A DNA stretch of 32,787 nt from Oligoflexales bacterium (GTDB taxonomy: Bacteria > Bdellovibrionota_B > Oligoflexia > Oligoflexales > RGVZ01): contig JBIIGV010000020.1 in assembly GCA_044236265.1 (NCBI GenBank), positions 1 to 32,787 of the forward strand, in the 5' to 3' direction. The position numbers and the translations under genes were made by a program. Shown one piece after another: positions 25,183-32,787 of this stretch. The notes under the pieces were generated by a model. The model was not told the DNA's origin. It made no database searches and worked only from the letters and a program-made list of their open reading frames with translations. Positions within the stretch are counted from its first letter, which is position 1. The number at the start of each line of letters is the position of its first letter.

Positions 25183-25213
25183 CCTAAAAGAAGGCTGCTA
25201 ATCGGGATAAAAT

Positions 25214-26644
25214 ATGAATATGGAAATAAGTTCAATTTACATCGAAAAACCATCTGAGCTGGCGCCGGAAAATGCCTCAGGCGATGGCATTGCTGCCGAA
25301 GAGAGGCGCGCCTTTTTCATGAACTCTGCAAAGCCAATTAAAATTTGGATCGCATTGGGATTTATCGTGTCTCTTTGTCTATGTGGTTGGGGTCTTGTTC
25401 AAGTTGACCGCGAGTTTGACTCCGACGATGGTCTGACAAGACTAAGCCTGGCAGTCTCCCGTCTGATGCTTGCTGACGAGGTGGTGATTGAGGATGAGGC
25501 TCAACGAGCAGCTGATATGCTCGAGCAAGTTCTTGTCGAAAAAGACGCTATAGATGGTCGTTACAATCAGAAGGAATTGGCAGACCTCTATTTGATAGCT
25601 GCTTCTATAAGAGATCAGTTGTCAAAGTCCGATCGCAAAGCGGCGATTAACACTTTTGTCACATTTAAAAAAGCAGCCACTAATCTCGAATCAAAGTTTT
25701 ATCAAACTAAGGTGCGACCTGCTTTTTTTGGCGTCAATTATTTTATAGCGGCTGGATTAATTGGTCTTTTAATTTGCTTTTCTCTACTGTGGTTTTTTCT
25801 GGAGCGGTCCAACAGCGAGGAAGAAAACGCTGCAGCCCATGCTGAGCGCTCAAAAAAAGAGGCGGACCACTTCAAATTCAGATTTGAGGAAGAACAACAG
25901 AGAAATATCGAATTGCAACAAAGACTCATGGACCTTGGTAAGGGGTCCAAGAAAATGGAGTCAGGAATTGAAGAGTATACGCGTGCTGTCAGCCAACTTG
26001 AATCGGCAGTCAAGTATCTTAAGGCGTCACTGGGTGATGCTGAACAACGTATAAAAAGCCTTGAGAGCGAGTTGGCAGATACTTCTAGGTCTAGAGATGA
26101 TGGCCAAAGAAAATTGGCATCAATGCAGGCTATTATCGAAGCTGCTGAGCGCTCGGAGGCGTCAATGCAGTCTCGCATTCAACAGCTTGAAGCGGAGCTT
26201 GTGCAGCGTAGTGATGGTTACTCGAATGATCGGTCAGACATAGATATGAACCCAAGATTTTCTAACGATGACTCCAGTTTAGAACCGTCAAAGACTCCGC
26301 TTTTTGAATCTTCGGAGGCACTGCCCGCTGATCTAGCAAGACTTCAATCCGAGCTTATTCAAGAGAGAACTCGGATTCAGTCAGAATTTGCAGTTGTCGA
26401 GTGGAGTAATACAAAACTTAAAAACGAGCTGGAAGAAATCAAAGAGCAACTTTTAGCGGCAAGGGAATCACTTTCTATTCACGAGCGCGAGGCGCGCGAG
26501 CGTATTCTGGCGTTAGAGGATCGCTTGTTAGCAGAAAAGAAGCGGGCTCTTGACGAGCTTTCAAATCAATTTGAAGCGGAAGTCCAATTCTTGCGAGAAA
26601 AGTTGAGAGCTGCCCACGACCAGAATCTTGAACGGTCAGCTTAA
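25214..26644 (+). CDS. Two-TM protein with helical periplasmic domain and long cytoplasmic coiled coil; function unknown
   Basis: TM1 IWIALGFIVSLCLCGWGLV, TM2 FIAAGLIGLLICFSLLWFFL, then about 280 aa of Glu/Arg/Leu heptads. Start uncertain; alternative ATG at 25319 lies after GAGAGG. Confidence 0.7.
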   Translation: MNMEISSIYIEKPSELAPENASGDGIAAEERRAFFMNSAKPIKIWIALGFIVSLCLCGWGLVQVDREFDSDDGLTRLSLAVSRLMLADEVVIEDEAQRAADMLEQVLVEKDAIDGRYNQKELADLYLIAASIRDQLSKSDRKAAINTFVTFKKAATNLESKFYQTKVRPAFFGVNYFIAAGLIGLLICFSLLWFFLERSNSEEENAAAHAERSKKEADHFKFRFEEEQQRNIELQQRLMDLGKGSKKMESGIEEYTRAVSQLESAVKYLKASLGDAEQRIKSLESELADTSRSRDDGQRKLASMQAIIEAAERSEASMQSRIQQLEAELVQRSDGYSNDRSDIDMNPRFSNDDSSLEPSKTPLFESSEALPADLARLQSELIQERTRIQSEFAVVEWSNTKLKNELEEIKEQLLAARESLSIHEREARERILALEDRLLAEKKRALDELSNQFEAEVQFLREKLRAAHDQNLERSA

Positions 26645-26662
26645 AAGTTTCGGTAGAAAATG

Positions 26663-26693
26663 AAAAGGGCACCCCGTAGGGTGCCCTTTTTTT
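26663..26693. terminator. Bidirectional intrinsic terminator between the convergent coiled-coil gene and smc
   Basis: AAAAGGGCACCC / CGTA / GGGTGCCCTTTTTTT. Confidence 0.92.
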
Positions 26694-26696
26694 AAA

Positions 26697-29600
26697 TCAG
26701 TTAGCTTGGGCGGCTTCTACAGAACGCACCTGACTTGGTGGTTTTATTTCTTTGAAGGCCTTTTTCAAGTGAGGCGGAAGATCTTTTTTCATATCTACGC
26801 CGACCACAGTAGAGACCCCACCCTCTTGCATGGTGACGCCGTAAAGTGAGTCAAGGACCTCCATGGTTCTTCTGTTGTGTGTAATAACGACAAATTGGAA
26901 CTGCTCAGAAAGTGCTTCAAGAACTCGGTTGTAGCGACCGACGTTCGCCTCATCGAGCGGCGCGTCAACCTCATCAAGGAAGCAGAACGGTGTTGGCTTG
27001 GTCTTAAGAAGTGCAAAGATAAGCGAGATTGCCGTAAGAGCCTTTTCTCCACCAGAGCACAGCGACATGCTTTTTCTGGTCTTTCCAGGTAGACGAACCA
27101 TAAGCTCGACGCCCCCAGCCAGCGGGTCTTCTTTGTTTGTAAGTTCCAAAGCCGCTTCGCCGCCCGGGAACAATATGGCAAAAAGATCGCCAAAGTTCTT
27201 ATTGATAACCTCAAACACGACGCCAAACTTGTCTTTACTTGTAAGCTCAATTTCAGCAATCGCTGTATTAAGAACCTCTATCGACGCGTTAATTTCATCT
27301 CGCTGAGACATGATGAAGGTGCGGCGCTCGGATAGGTCTTCGTATTCTTTCATGGCCATAAGATTTACTGGGCCAATTCCCTCAATTTTGTTTCTCAGGG
27401 TTGAGCACTGGCGAGAAGCCTTGTCGAGGCTAAAGTCTTCATCTTTAACAAAGGGCAGCTCTACCAGGTCTACCTGATATTTCTCGAGAGCTTGAGCAGT
27501 AAAAGACTCTATGCCCAGTTTAATACGCTCTGCTTCAATGCTCTTTTCATTGAGAACCTTTTGTAACCTTGCTTGCGCTTCGCGGCAATCACGGAGCTTG
27601 GCGTCGACAACCTTCAGTTCTTCGTGAATGGAGGCGTTTGCGTCACGCTTTTCGTTGATTTTTTCTTGGATCTCGTCGCGCTGAACAATCAAGATCTCAA
27701 TATCTGCCTCGGCTCTTTTGTGAGCGGCTTTCGACTCCTCGATCTCACTTGCCAGGCGTGACTGCTCGTCATAGCGGCGCGTTAGCTTGTTCTGTGCTAG
27801 TTCAAGCTGAGCTTGAGAGTGCTTGCGATTTTCACGAAGTTGTTGGGCTCTTGTCTCAGCGCGTGCCAAGTCTAGTTGGCGCTGCTGATTTTGGCGCATG
27901 ATTTCTTCACGGCGCTCGTCAACACTGGCAAATTCTTCACGAAGTTGTCTTGTCTCTTCGATGGCTGTCTCTCGGTCCTTTTCTAGGGACTGCCGTGATT
28001 CGTAGAGTGTTTCCAGTTCGCTGGTAAATTCGCGGTCCTGGTTGTCGATGTCTTGGACTTGGGCTCTCGCTTGATTCGCAAGTTCAGTCTTGTTTTCGGC
28101 GGTTTGGCGAGCAAGCTGTAGCTCAGCCATGACGCCAAGAACTTCTTTGTTTTGTCCTTGTAGTTTTGTATCGATGTCGCCAACGATTTGGCGGTTTTCA
28201 TTGATACGAAGATCCAATTCATCGATGGCTGCTTGGCTCTGGGCCAACGTGCGCTCGAGGTTTTTTAGTTCTTTAGCCAGGTTTTCTTGTTCAGCTTTGC
28301 GAGAGAGGATGCCTCCGGTTGCAGATCCTGCAATGAAGAAATCTCCGGCGCTATGAATCAATAGACCTTGTGGGGTGAAAACAATAAGACCTTTTGGAAT
28401 GCTGTCGATGGTTGCGCTGTCTAGTTGTAATACCTGAAGTAAATAAACTCTGTTCGTTAGCTCCTTAATCTCGGAGGCAGCTTTACTTGTATTCAGATAC
28501 TGAGACATTGGCTCAGCACCGAATTTCGAAGCCCATGAGCTGACAGCAGACGCATCAACAGATTCAGATTCTTTTAAAAGTAGAACGGGCATGCCACCAA
28601 CATTATGACGTTGGCACATGCGCACCAGGTCACTGACACGGTCAGCATTTGTAACGACAAGTCGTTCGCTCCAACCTTCAAACGCAGTCAAAACTTTCTT
28701 AGGAAGTTCTTGAGCTGAATCATTAAAGGATACGTGGTGTGCGATTAGTCCTAGAGAAATGTCAGAGAGATCACCTTCTTTTTCCGTCAGGGTTGCCCAG
28801 CTTGCAGCTACATCGGTAGCTCCTGCAACAAGCTCCTCGAGTGATGCCAGACGCGCCTTGGTTTCGTGGTATTTTTCTTTACCTTGGTCGCGAACGGTTT
28901 GAGCTTCTTTTACCAGATTATAGCTTTGAGCCAGGATTCGCTCGCGCTCATGTTTTTCCCGAATTTCTTTATCAAGACCGTCCTGTTGACCTGCGGCTTT
29001 TTCTTCCCACTTGGCAACAGCTTCAAGGGCATCGAGAGCCTCTGCTTCCAAAAGATCAATGCGCTGACCGTGGCCGGCACGGCTGGCGCGAATTTTTTCA
29101 ACTTCGCGGCTAATCGATTCATGACGAAGTCTGTTGTTTTCTAGTAGTCGGTCAAGATTTTTAACTTCGTCTTCGAACTCAGCAACGCGGGTGCGGAAAA
29201 CGTTTGAGGACTCGTCAACAGCGTCAACTTCGTTTTGGAAGTCTTCAATCAGTTCTCTGAGTGCCTTCGCCTCCTCTTCAGCGGCAGATAGTTCTTTTTC
29301 GCAACGCTCTACTTGTTCCTCGAGCGCCTTTAGGTGCTGCCCTTCTTCAGAGAGTTCGCCTTCAATTGCAGAAAGGCGAACTTCATTGTCGCTAACACGC
29401 GTCAGGCTATTGGTAATGAGTGCCTCAGCGCGAGCGATGCTTTCGCGGATGACTGTGAACTGTTCGCCAAGGACTGCAAGTTCAGGATCGGCCTCGGCAA
29501 GTATTTGCTGAAGCTCCTCGTAGCGAGCTTCCCAAGTTGCGAGGTTTGCAATGTTGTCGACTTCCTTATTTTGCTCTGCAAGCATCTGTTCTTCGACGGC

Positions 29601-30341
29601 AGTCAGCTTTTCTTTAAAGAAGTGGTAGTTGTGACTGAAAAGCTTGAGCTCAAGCTCTCTAAGTTCGTCTGTAAGCTCTTTCCAGATTTTTGCCTTCTCA
29701 ACCTGGTTTTCAAGGCTTCCTTGCTGCTTTTCAACTTCACGCAGGATGTCTTCAACACGAGACAGGTTTAAGGCAGTCTCTTCAAGTTTTTTCTGTGCTT
29801 CAATTTTTCGCTGTTTATAAACGAGTGTACCGGCGGCCTCTTCAAGAATCTCTCGAACGTCCTCGGGCTTAGCATTCAAGATTCTGTCAACCTGCCCCTG
29901 CTGAATCATCGAGTAGCTACGGCCACCAAGTCCAGTGACGGCAAAAAATTGGACAATGTCTTTTAGACGACATGGTTTGCGGTTAATGAAGTATTCGCGC
30001 TCTCCGTCTGCATAGAGGCGTCGACCGAGTGTGATTTCCGGCTCATGGCGGTATTCAGGCGGACAAACGCCAGTGTCTTCGGTGTTGTCGAAGGTGAGAG
30101 CAACTTCTGCCATGGTCAAAGCTTTGCGCTTATCGGATCCAGCGAAAATAATGTCGATGGCTTTTTCGCCCCGCAAATTTTTTGCGTTTTGCTCGCCCAT
30201 AACCCAACGAACAGAGTCGATGACGTTACTTTTACCGGAACCATTTGGTCCTACGATTCCTGTAATCCCCTTATCGAACGTGAGCACAACTTTGTCGGCA
30301 AATGATTTGAAGCCTTGTACCGTGAGTCGTTTTAAGTGCAT
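26697..30341 (-). CDS. smc: Chromosome segregation protein SMC
   Basis: GFKSFAD, Walker A GPNGSGKSN, Q-loop IQQGQV, two long coiled coils around a hinge, SGGEK signature, Walker B/D-loop LDEVDAPLD, ITH. RBS GGGAG. Confidence 0.97.
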   Translation of the reverse strand: MHLKRLTVQGFKSFADKVVLTFDKGITGIVGPNGSGKSNVIDSVRWVMGEQNAKNLRGEKAIDIIFAGSDKRKALTMAEVALTFDNTEDTGVCPPEYRHEPEITLGRRLYADGEREYFINRKPCRLKDIVQFFAVTGLGGRSYSMIQQGQVDRILNAKPEDVREILEEAAGTLVYKQRKIEAQKKLEETALNLSRVEDILREVEKQQGSLENQVEKAKIWKELTDELRELELKLFSHNYHFFKEKLTAVEEQMLAEQNKEVDNIANLATWEARYEELQQILAEADPELAVLGEQFTVIRESIARAEALITNSLTRVSDNEVRLSAIEGELSEEGQHLKALEEQVERCEKELSAAEEEAKALRELIEDFQNEVDAVDESSNVFRTRVAEFEDEVKNLDRLLENNRLRHESISREVEKIRASRAGHGQRIDLLEAEALDALEAVAKWEEKAAGQQDGLDKEIREKHERERILAQSYNLVKEAQTVRDQGKEKYHETKARLASLEELVAGATDVAASWATLTEKEGDLSDISLGLIAHHVSFNDSAQELPKKVLTAFEGWSERLVVTNADRVSDLVRMCQRHNVGGMPVLLLKESESVDASAVSSWASKFGAEPMSQYLNTSKAASEIKELTNRVYLLQVLQLDSATIDSIPKGLIVFTPQGLLIHSAGDFFIAGSATGGILSRKAEQENLAKELKNLERTLAQSQAAIDELDLRINENRQIVGDIDTKLQGQNKEVLGVMAELQLARQTAENKTELANQARAQVQDIDNQDREFTSELETLYESRQSLEKDRETAIEETRQLREEFASVDERREEIMRQNQQRQLDLARAETRAQQLRENRKHSQAQLELAQNKLTRRYDEQSRLASEIEESKAAHKRAEADIEILIVQRDEIQEKINEKRDANASIHEELKVVDAKLRDCREAQARLQKVLNEKSIEAERIKLGIESFTAQALEKYQVDLVELPFVKDEDFSLDKASRQCSTLRNKIEGIGPVNLMAMKEYEDLSERRTFIMSQRDEINASIEVLNTAIAEIELTSKDKFGVVFEVINKNFGDLFAILFPGGEAALELTNKEDPLAGGVELMVRLPGKTRKSMSLCSGGEKALTAISLIFALLKTKPTPFCFLDEVDAPLDEANVGRYNRVLEALSEQFQFVVITHNRRTMEVLDSLYGVTMQEGGVSTVVGVDMKKDLPPHLKKAFKEIKPPSQVRSVEAAQAN

Positions 30342-30430
30342 AACAAGTTCTCCCGCATTAACTCTCGACCATGAGAGTGTCTAAAGGATTCAATCGCCTT
30401 GGCCGGTCAATGCCATCAGCGGCATGAGTT

Positions 30431-31879
30431 TCATTGAATGTTGGTCGCTCGTTCCGTTATACCAACGCCAGGCGTAACGTCCAACAGAATTAAGCTGTTT
30501 CCGTAGAAGTTCGCAGCCAACGCTCGACCCGATGGTGTGAGAGCAATCTGGTAAAACGCTTTAGAGCTCGAAGTGCTGCTTGTTTCAGCAATCCAAGTGT
30601 TGTTGCCAATAACCTTACTGACCACGGAAAAATAGGCTTGGCCTGGCCAATTGGAGAAGTCTTTGAAGTGATTGACCACGAGAAGTGGCTGACCTTGCAC
30701 AGTTTGGATATCGAAATCCCCAACAAAGTATCGGCTGGCAGGCTCGAGCTCGCTTTTAAAGCCGTAAATCCTCTCAAATGATAGCGCATCGGATGTGAAA
30801 ACAGCTGCAGAGGTGATGTCTCCCGTGATTTTCACACGCAAAATGTTGTTTGCAAACAGCGACCCACCACGATTGGGGTCCGGGTTTCCTCTGTGCGAGA
30901 GGTAAAAGGTGCTTGGATCAGTTAGATCAGGGCGCGCTTCCCAAAAGTTAGTTCTGTAAAATCGTTTGTTTGCATTTTCAGGAGTGGCGGCAACGTCGGG
31001 CGTGCCGTCGGCTGCAGACAGTGAAAAATAGGTCCAGCGAAGTTCATCCAAAGAGTCAGAAAACTCTTTTTTCTGCCAACCGCCAGCGGCACCAGCCGCT
31101 AAATCGTAAACAGCAAACTGATAGAGGCCGCGTCTTGCTTTGTCAGCCCTGACAACACGATTTCGCTCGTAAAAATCAGGAATCTGGTTGGGCACAGCGG
31201 TTTCAACACCGGCAGGATCTGAGAAGGTTTTACTGTCTTCAAGTTCGACGTCAGAGGTTTCCTGTTCGCCTAGTTGGGTTGGAAATGCGAACAGTAAGTT
31301 TCGCGAGGTGTCGATGTGTAGTGCTCGACGGGCTACTGCATAGTTTCGCACATAACTGAGGCTGCTATTTGCAAGATTTGCGTCGAGTGTTCCAGCATGA
31401 ATTTGGCCATTAGAACAAGACACCACCCAATAAGGGTAGTTCTCACGCGCAGCTGCGTTTATAGGATTACAGCCGTCAATGAGTTCAAATGTTTTTGCAA
31501 GTAATGGCGCGGCAGGATTGGTGATGTCAAAAAGAATCACTCTAGGGCCTGAGCCTTCTGAATTAGAGAAGGTGACAATTAATGTGTTGCCAGCAACAGT
31601 GAGACTGCGACCAAGCCTTGGCAGCGGTGTGACTCCTAGTTTTTGTCCTTCAGTATTGAGGACAAGAAGTGAACCCTGATTGTAATCTCGCGGGTAATCG
31701 CTATTGATCGCGTAAAAATATTGTCCGGACTTGTCGGACGCTACATCAATTGGACTCACCACTTTGTCACCCAGCGGTGGAAAGTTTTCGTCCTTCTTAC
31801 AGCTAAAGCCGAGAATAGACGTTGAGATCATAAGGGCGAGGAGTCGAGAGCTAAGACGAGCTGTATAAAGAATTCGCAA
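30431..31879 (-). CDS. Hypothetical lipoprotein, probable beta-propeller
   Basis: RBS GGAGG at 31889-31893, 9 nt before an in-frame TTG at 31879, which gives a signal peptide with lipobox LGFS-C. Blade-like motifs PIDVASDKSGQYFYAINSD and IALTPSGRALAANFYGNSLILLD. Confidence 0.65.
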   Translation of the reverse strand: MRILYTARLSSRLLALMISTSILGFSCKKDENFPPLGDKVVSPIDVASDKSGQYFYAINSDYPRDYNQGSLLVLNTEGQKLGVTPLPRLGRSLTVAGNTLIVTFSNSEGSGPRVILFDITNPAAPLLAKTFELIDGCNPINAAARENYPYWVVSCSNGQIHAGTLDANLANSSLSYVRNYAVARRALHIDTSRNLLFAFPTQLGEQETSDVELEDSKTFSDPAGVETAVPNQIPDFYERNRVVRADKARRGLYQFAVYDLAAGAAGGWQKKEFSDSLDELRWTYFSLSAADGTPDVAATPENANKRFYRTNFWEARPDLTDPSTFYLSHRGNPDPNRGGSLFANNILRVKITGDITSAAVFTSDALSFERIYGFKSELEPASRYFVGDFDIQTVQGQPLLVVNHFKDFSNWPGQAYFSVVSKVIGNNTWIAETSSTSSSKAFYQIALTPSGRALAANFYGNSLILLDVTPGVGITERATNIQ

Positions 31880-32158
31880 AATGATGGTCCTCCAGAATGC
31901 GTGAGTGCATTTTGCAGTGAAAAAATAGAGACATTCCCAAAGTAGTTTGCCTGATAACTTGGGGAAAATACACAATAGTAATGATTTACCTTAAATTACA
32001 GATACTTAATTGTACTCAAATGGTCCGCCGAGGATGATTTCCATGCCAACTCAGGTTTTTGTTGTATCCCTTGGAGTGACTGGGTTATGAGTGATAGCAA
32101 AGAGTCCGAAAATTAATTTTGGCGTAATGCCTCATAAGACTTTCAAAGGAAACTGGAC

Positions 32159-32677
32159 ATGGCTGGCTCACTCAATCGCGTGATGATCATCGGTAATCTG
32201 GGACAAGACCCAGAACTTCGCTACACAGCAAATCAAGCCCCTGTTGCAACGTTTAATGTTGCGACGACAGATTACCGTACTGGTGCTGATGGGCAGCGTC
32301 AGGATGTCACAGAGTGGCACCGTGTTGTGGTTTGGAATAAGCTCGCGGAAAATTGCGCAAAGTTTCTTGCCAAAGGCCGCACTGTTTACGTCGAAGGCCG
32401 TCTGCAGACGCGCTCTTGGGACGACAAGCAAACTGGTCAAAAGCGCTATCAGACAGAAATCGTTGCCCAGAACGTTCAATTCCTGACCTCGCCAGGCCAA
32501 GGCCGTGGTGACTACGCACAAAATCAAAACTTCGGTGCACGTCCATCCCAGGGTGATGCAAACCAAGGTTATGCAGCGCAACCAACAATCCCCGAGTTTG
32601 ATCTTGGCGCTCCGATGACAGGTGGTTCTGGGTTTGGTGGTCCAGAGACTTCTGGCCTTGATGATATTCCGTTTTGA
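32159..32677 (+). CDS. ssb: Single-stranded DNA-binding protein
   Basis: SLNRVMIIGNLGQDPELRYT, TEWHRVVVW, VYVEGRLQTRSW, acidic tail DDIPF. RBS AAGGA. Confidence 0.98.
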   Translation: MAGSLNRVMIIGNLGQDPELRYTANQAPVATFNVATTDYRTGADGQRQDVTEWHRVVVWNKLAENCAKFLAKGRTVYVEGRLQTRSWDDKQTGQKRYQTEIVAQNVQFLTSPGQGRGDYAQNQNFGARPSQGDANQGYAAQPTIPEFDLGAPMTGGSGFGGPETSGLDDIPF

Positions 32678-32710
32678 TCTGTCAGCCATAACTTAACGAC
32701 GATAGTTTAG

Positions 32711-32760
32711 AAAAATCCGCGCCTGATCGTACTAAGTACAATCTAGGCGCGGATTTTTTT
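32711..32760 (+). terminator. Intrinsic terminator after ssb
   Basis: AAAAATCCGCGCCT...AGGCGCGGATTTTTTT, with an inner extension GAT-C-GTAC/TAA/GTAC-A-ATC. Confidence 0.88.
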
Positions 32761-32787
32761 GCTTTGAGGTGCTAGGGCGGTGACAGA

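Noticed and set aside
25246..25318. Possible c-di-GMP-I riboswitch (GATGGCATTGCTGCCGAA resembles its 3' end; CCATC/GATGG pairing)
   Set aside because: The GGYAAA, GAAA tetraloop and GCAAA..CUAA elements are not present at proper spacing; an Infernal/Rfam scan would settle it.
26795..30384. Many alternative-frame and antisense ORFs within smc
   Set aside because: Typical by-products of coiled-coil codon bias (Ser/Phe-rich antisense translations).
32033..32049. Minus-strand TTGGCATGGAAATCATC as a sigma54 promoter
   Set aside because: Good -24 element but no -12 TTGC at the required spacing.
32168..32689. 173-aa ORF antisense to ssb
   Set aside because: Almost fully overlaps a highly conserved gene on the opposite strand; no protein motif.
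32766..32787. GAGG plus GTG as the start of a downstream gene
   Set aside because: Truncated by the window edge; cannot be supported.

Overview
Chromosomal, gene-dense bacterial window with no CRISPR array, rRNA/tRNA, integrase or transposase that I can recognise. Gene content and style (AMIN-fused long FliO, CglB-like VWA lipoprotein, many orphan lipoproteins) suggest a deltaproteobacteria-like predator lineage such as Bdellovibrionota/Oligoflexia; this placement is inference. The core is a ~13.4 kb minus-strand flagellar operon of 15 genes (fliL-fliM-fliN-fliO-fliP-fliQ-fliR-flhB-flhA-flhF-flhG-fliA-cheY-PilZ-like-DUF2802-like, 17744->4339). To its left are a VWA lipoprotein, a YbhN-like flippase and an alpha/beta hydrolase. 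To its right are a putative outer-membrane barrel, DUF167, a cytochrome c lipoprotein, lysA, tatB, hldD, an Omp85-family protein, orphan lipoproteins, a membrane-anchored coiled-coil protein, smc and ssb. The most notable signals are: (i) a perfect FleQ-type box (GTCAATAAATTGAC) hidden in the last codons of flhG just upstream of fliA, plus three helically phased related boxes upstream of a sigma54-like promoter for the operon; (ii) apparent co-degeneration of the FlhF GTPase motifs and the FlhG activator helix; (iii) a non-canonical PilZ gene after cheY; (iv) a CglB-like VWA adhesin behind a sigma28-like promoter. I see no clear evidence of a wholly new defence or mobile system; any novelty lies in the motility/attachment regulatory wiring.
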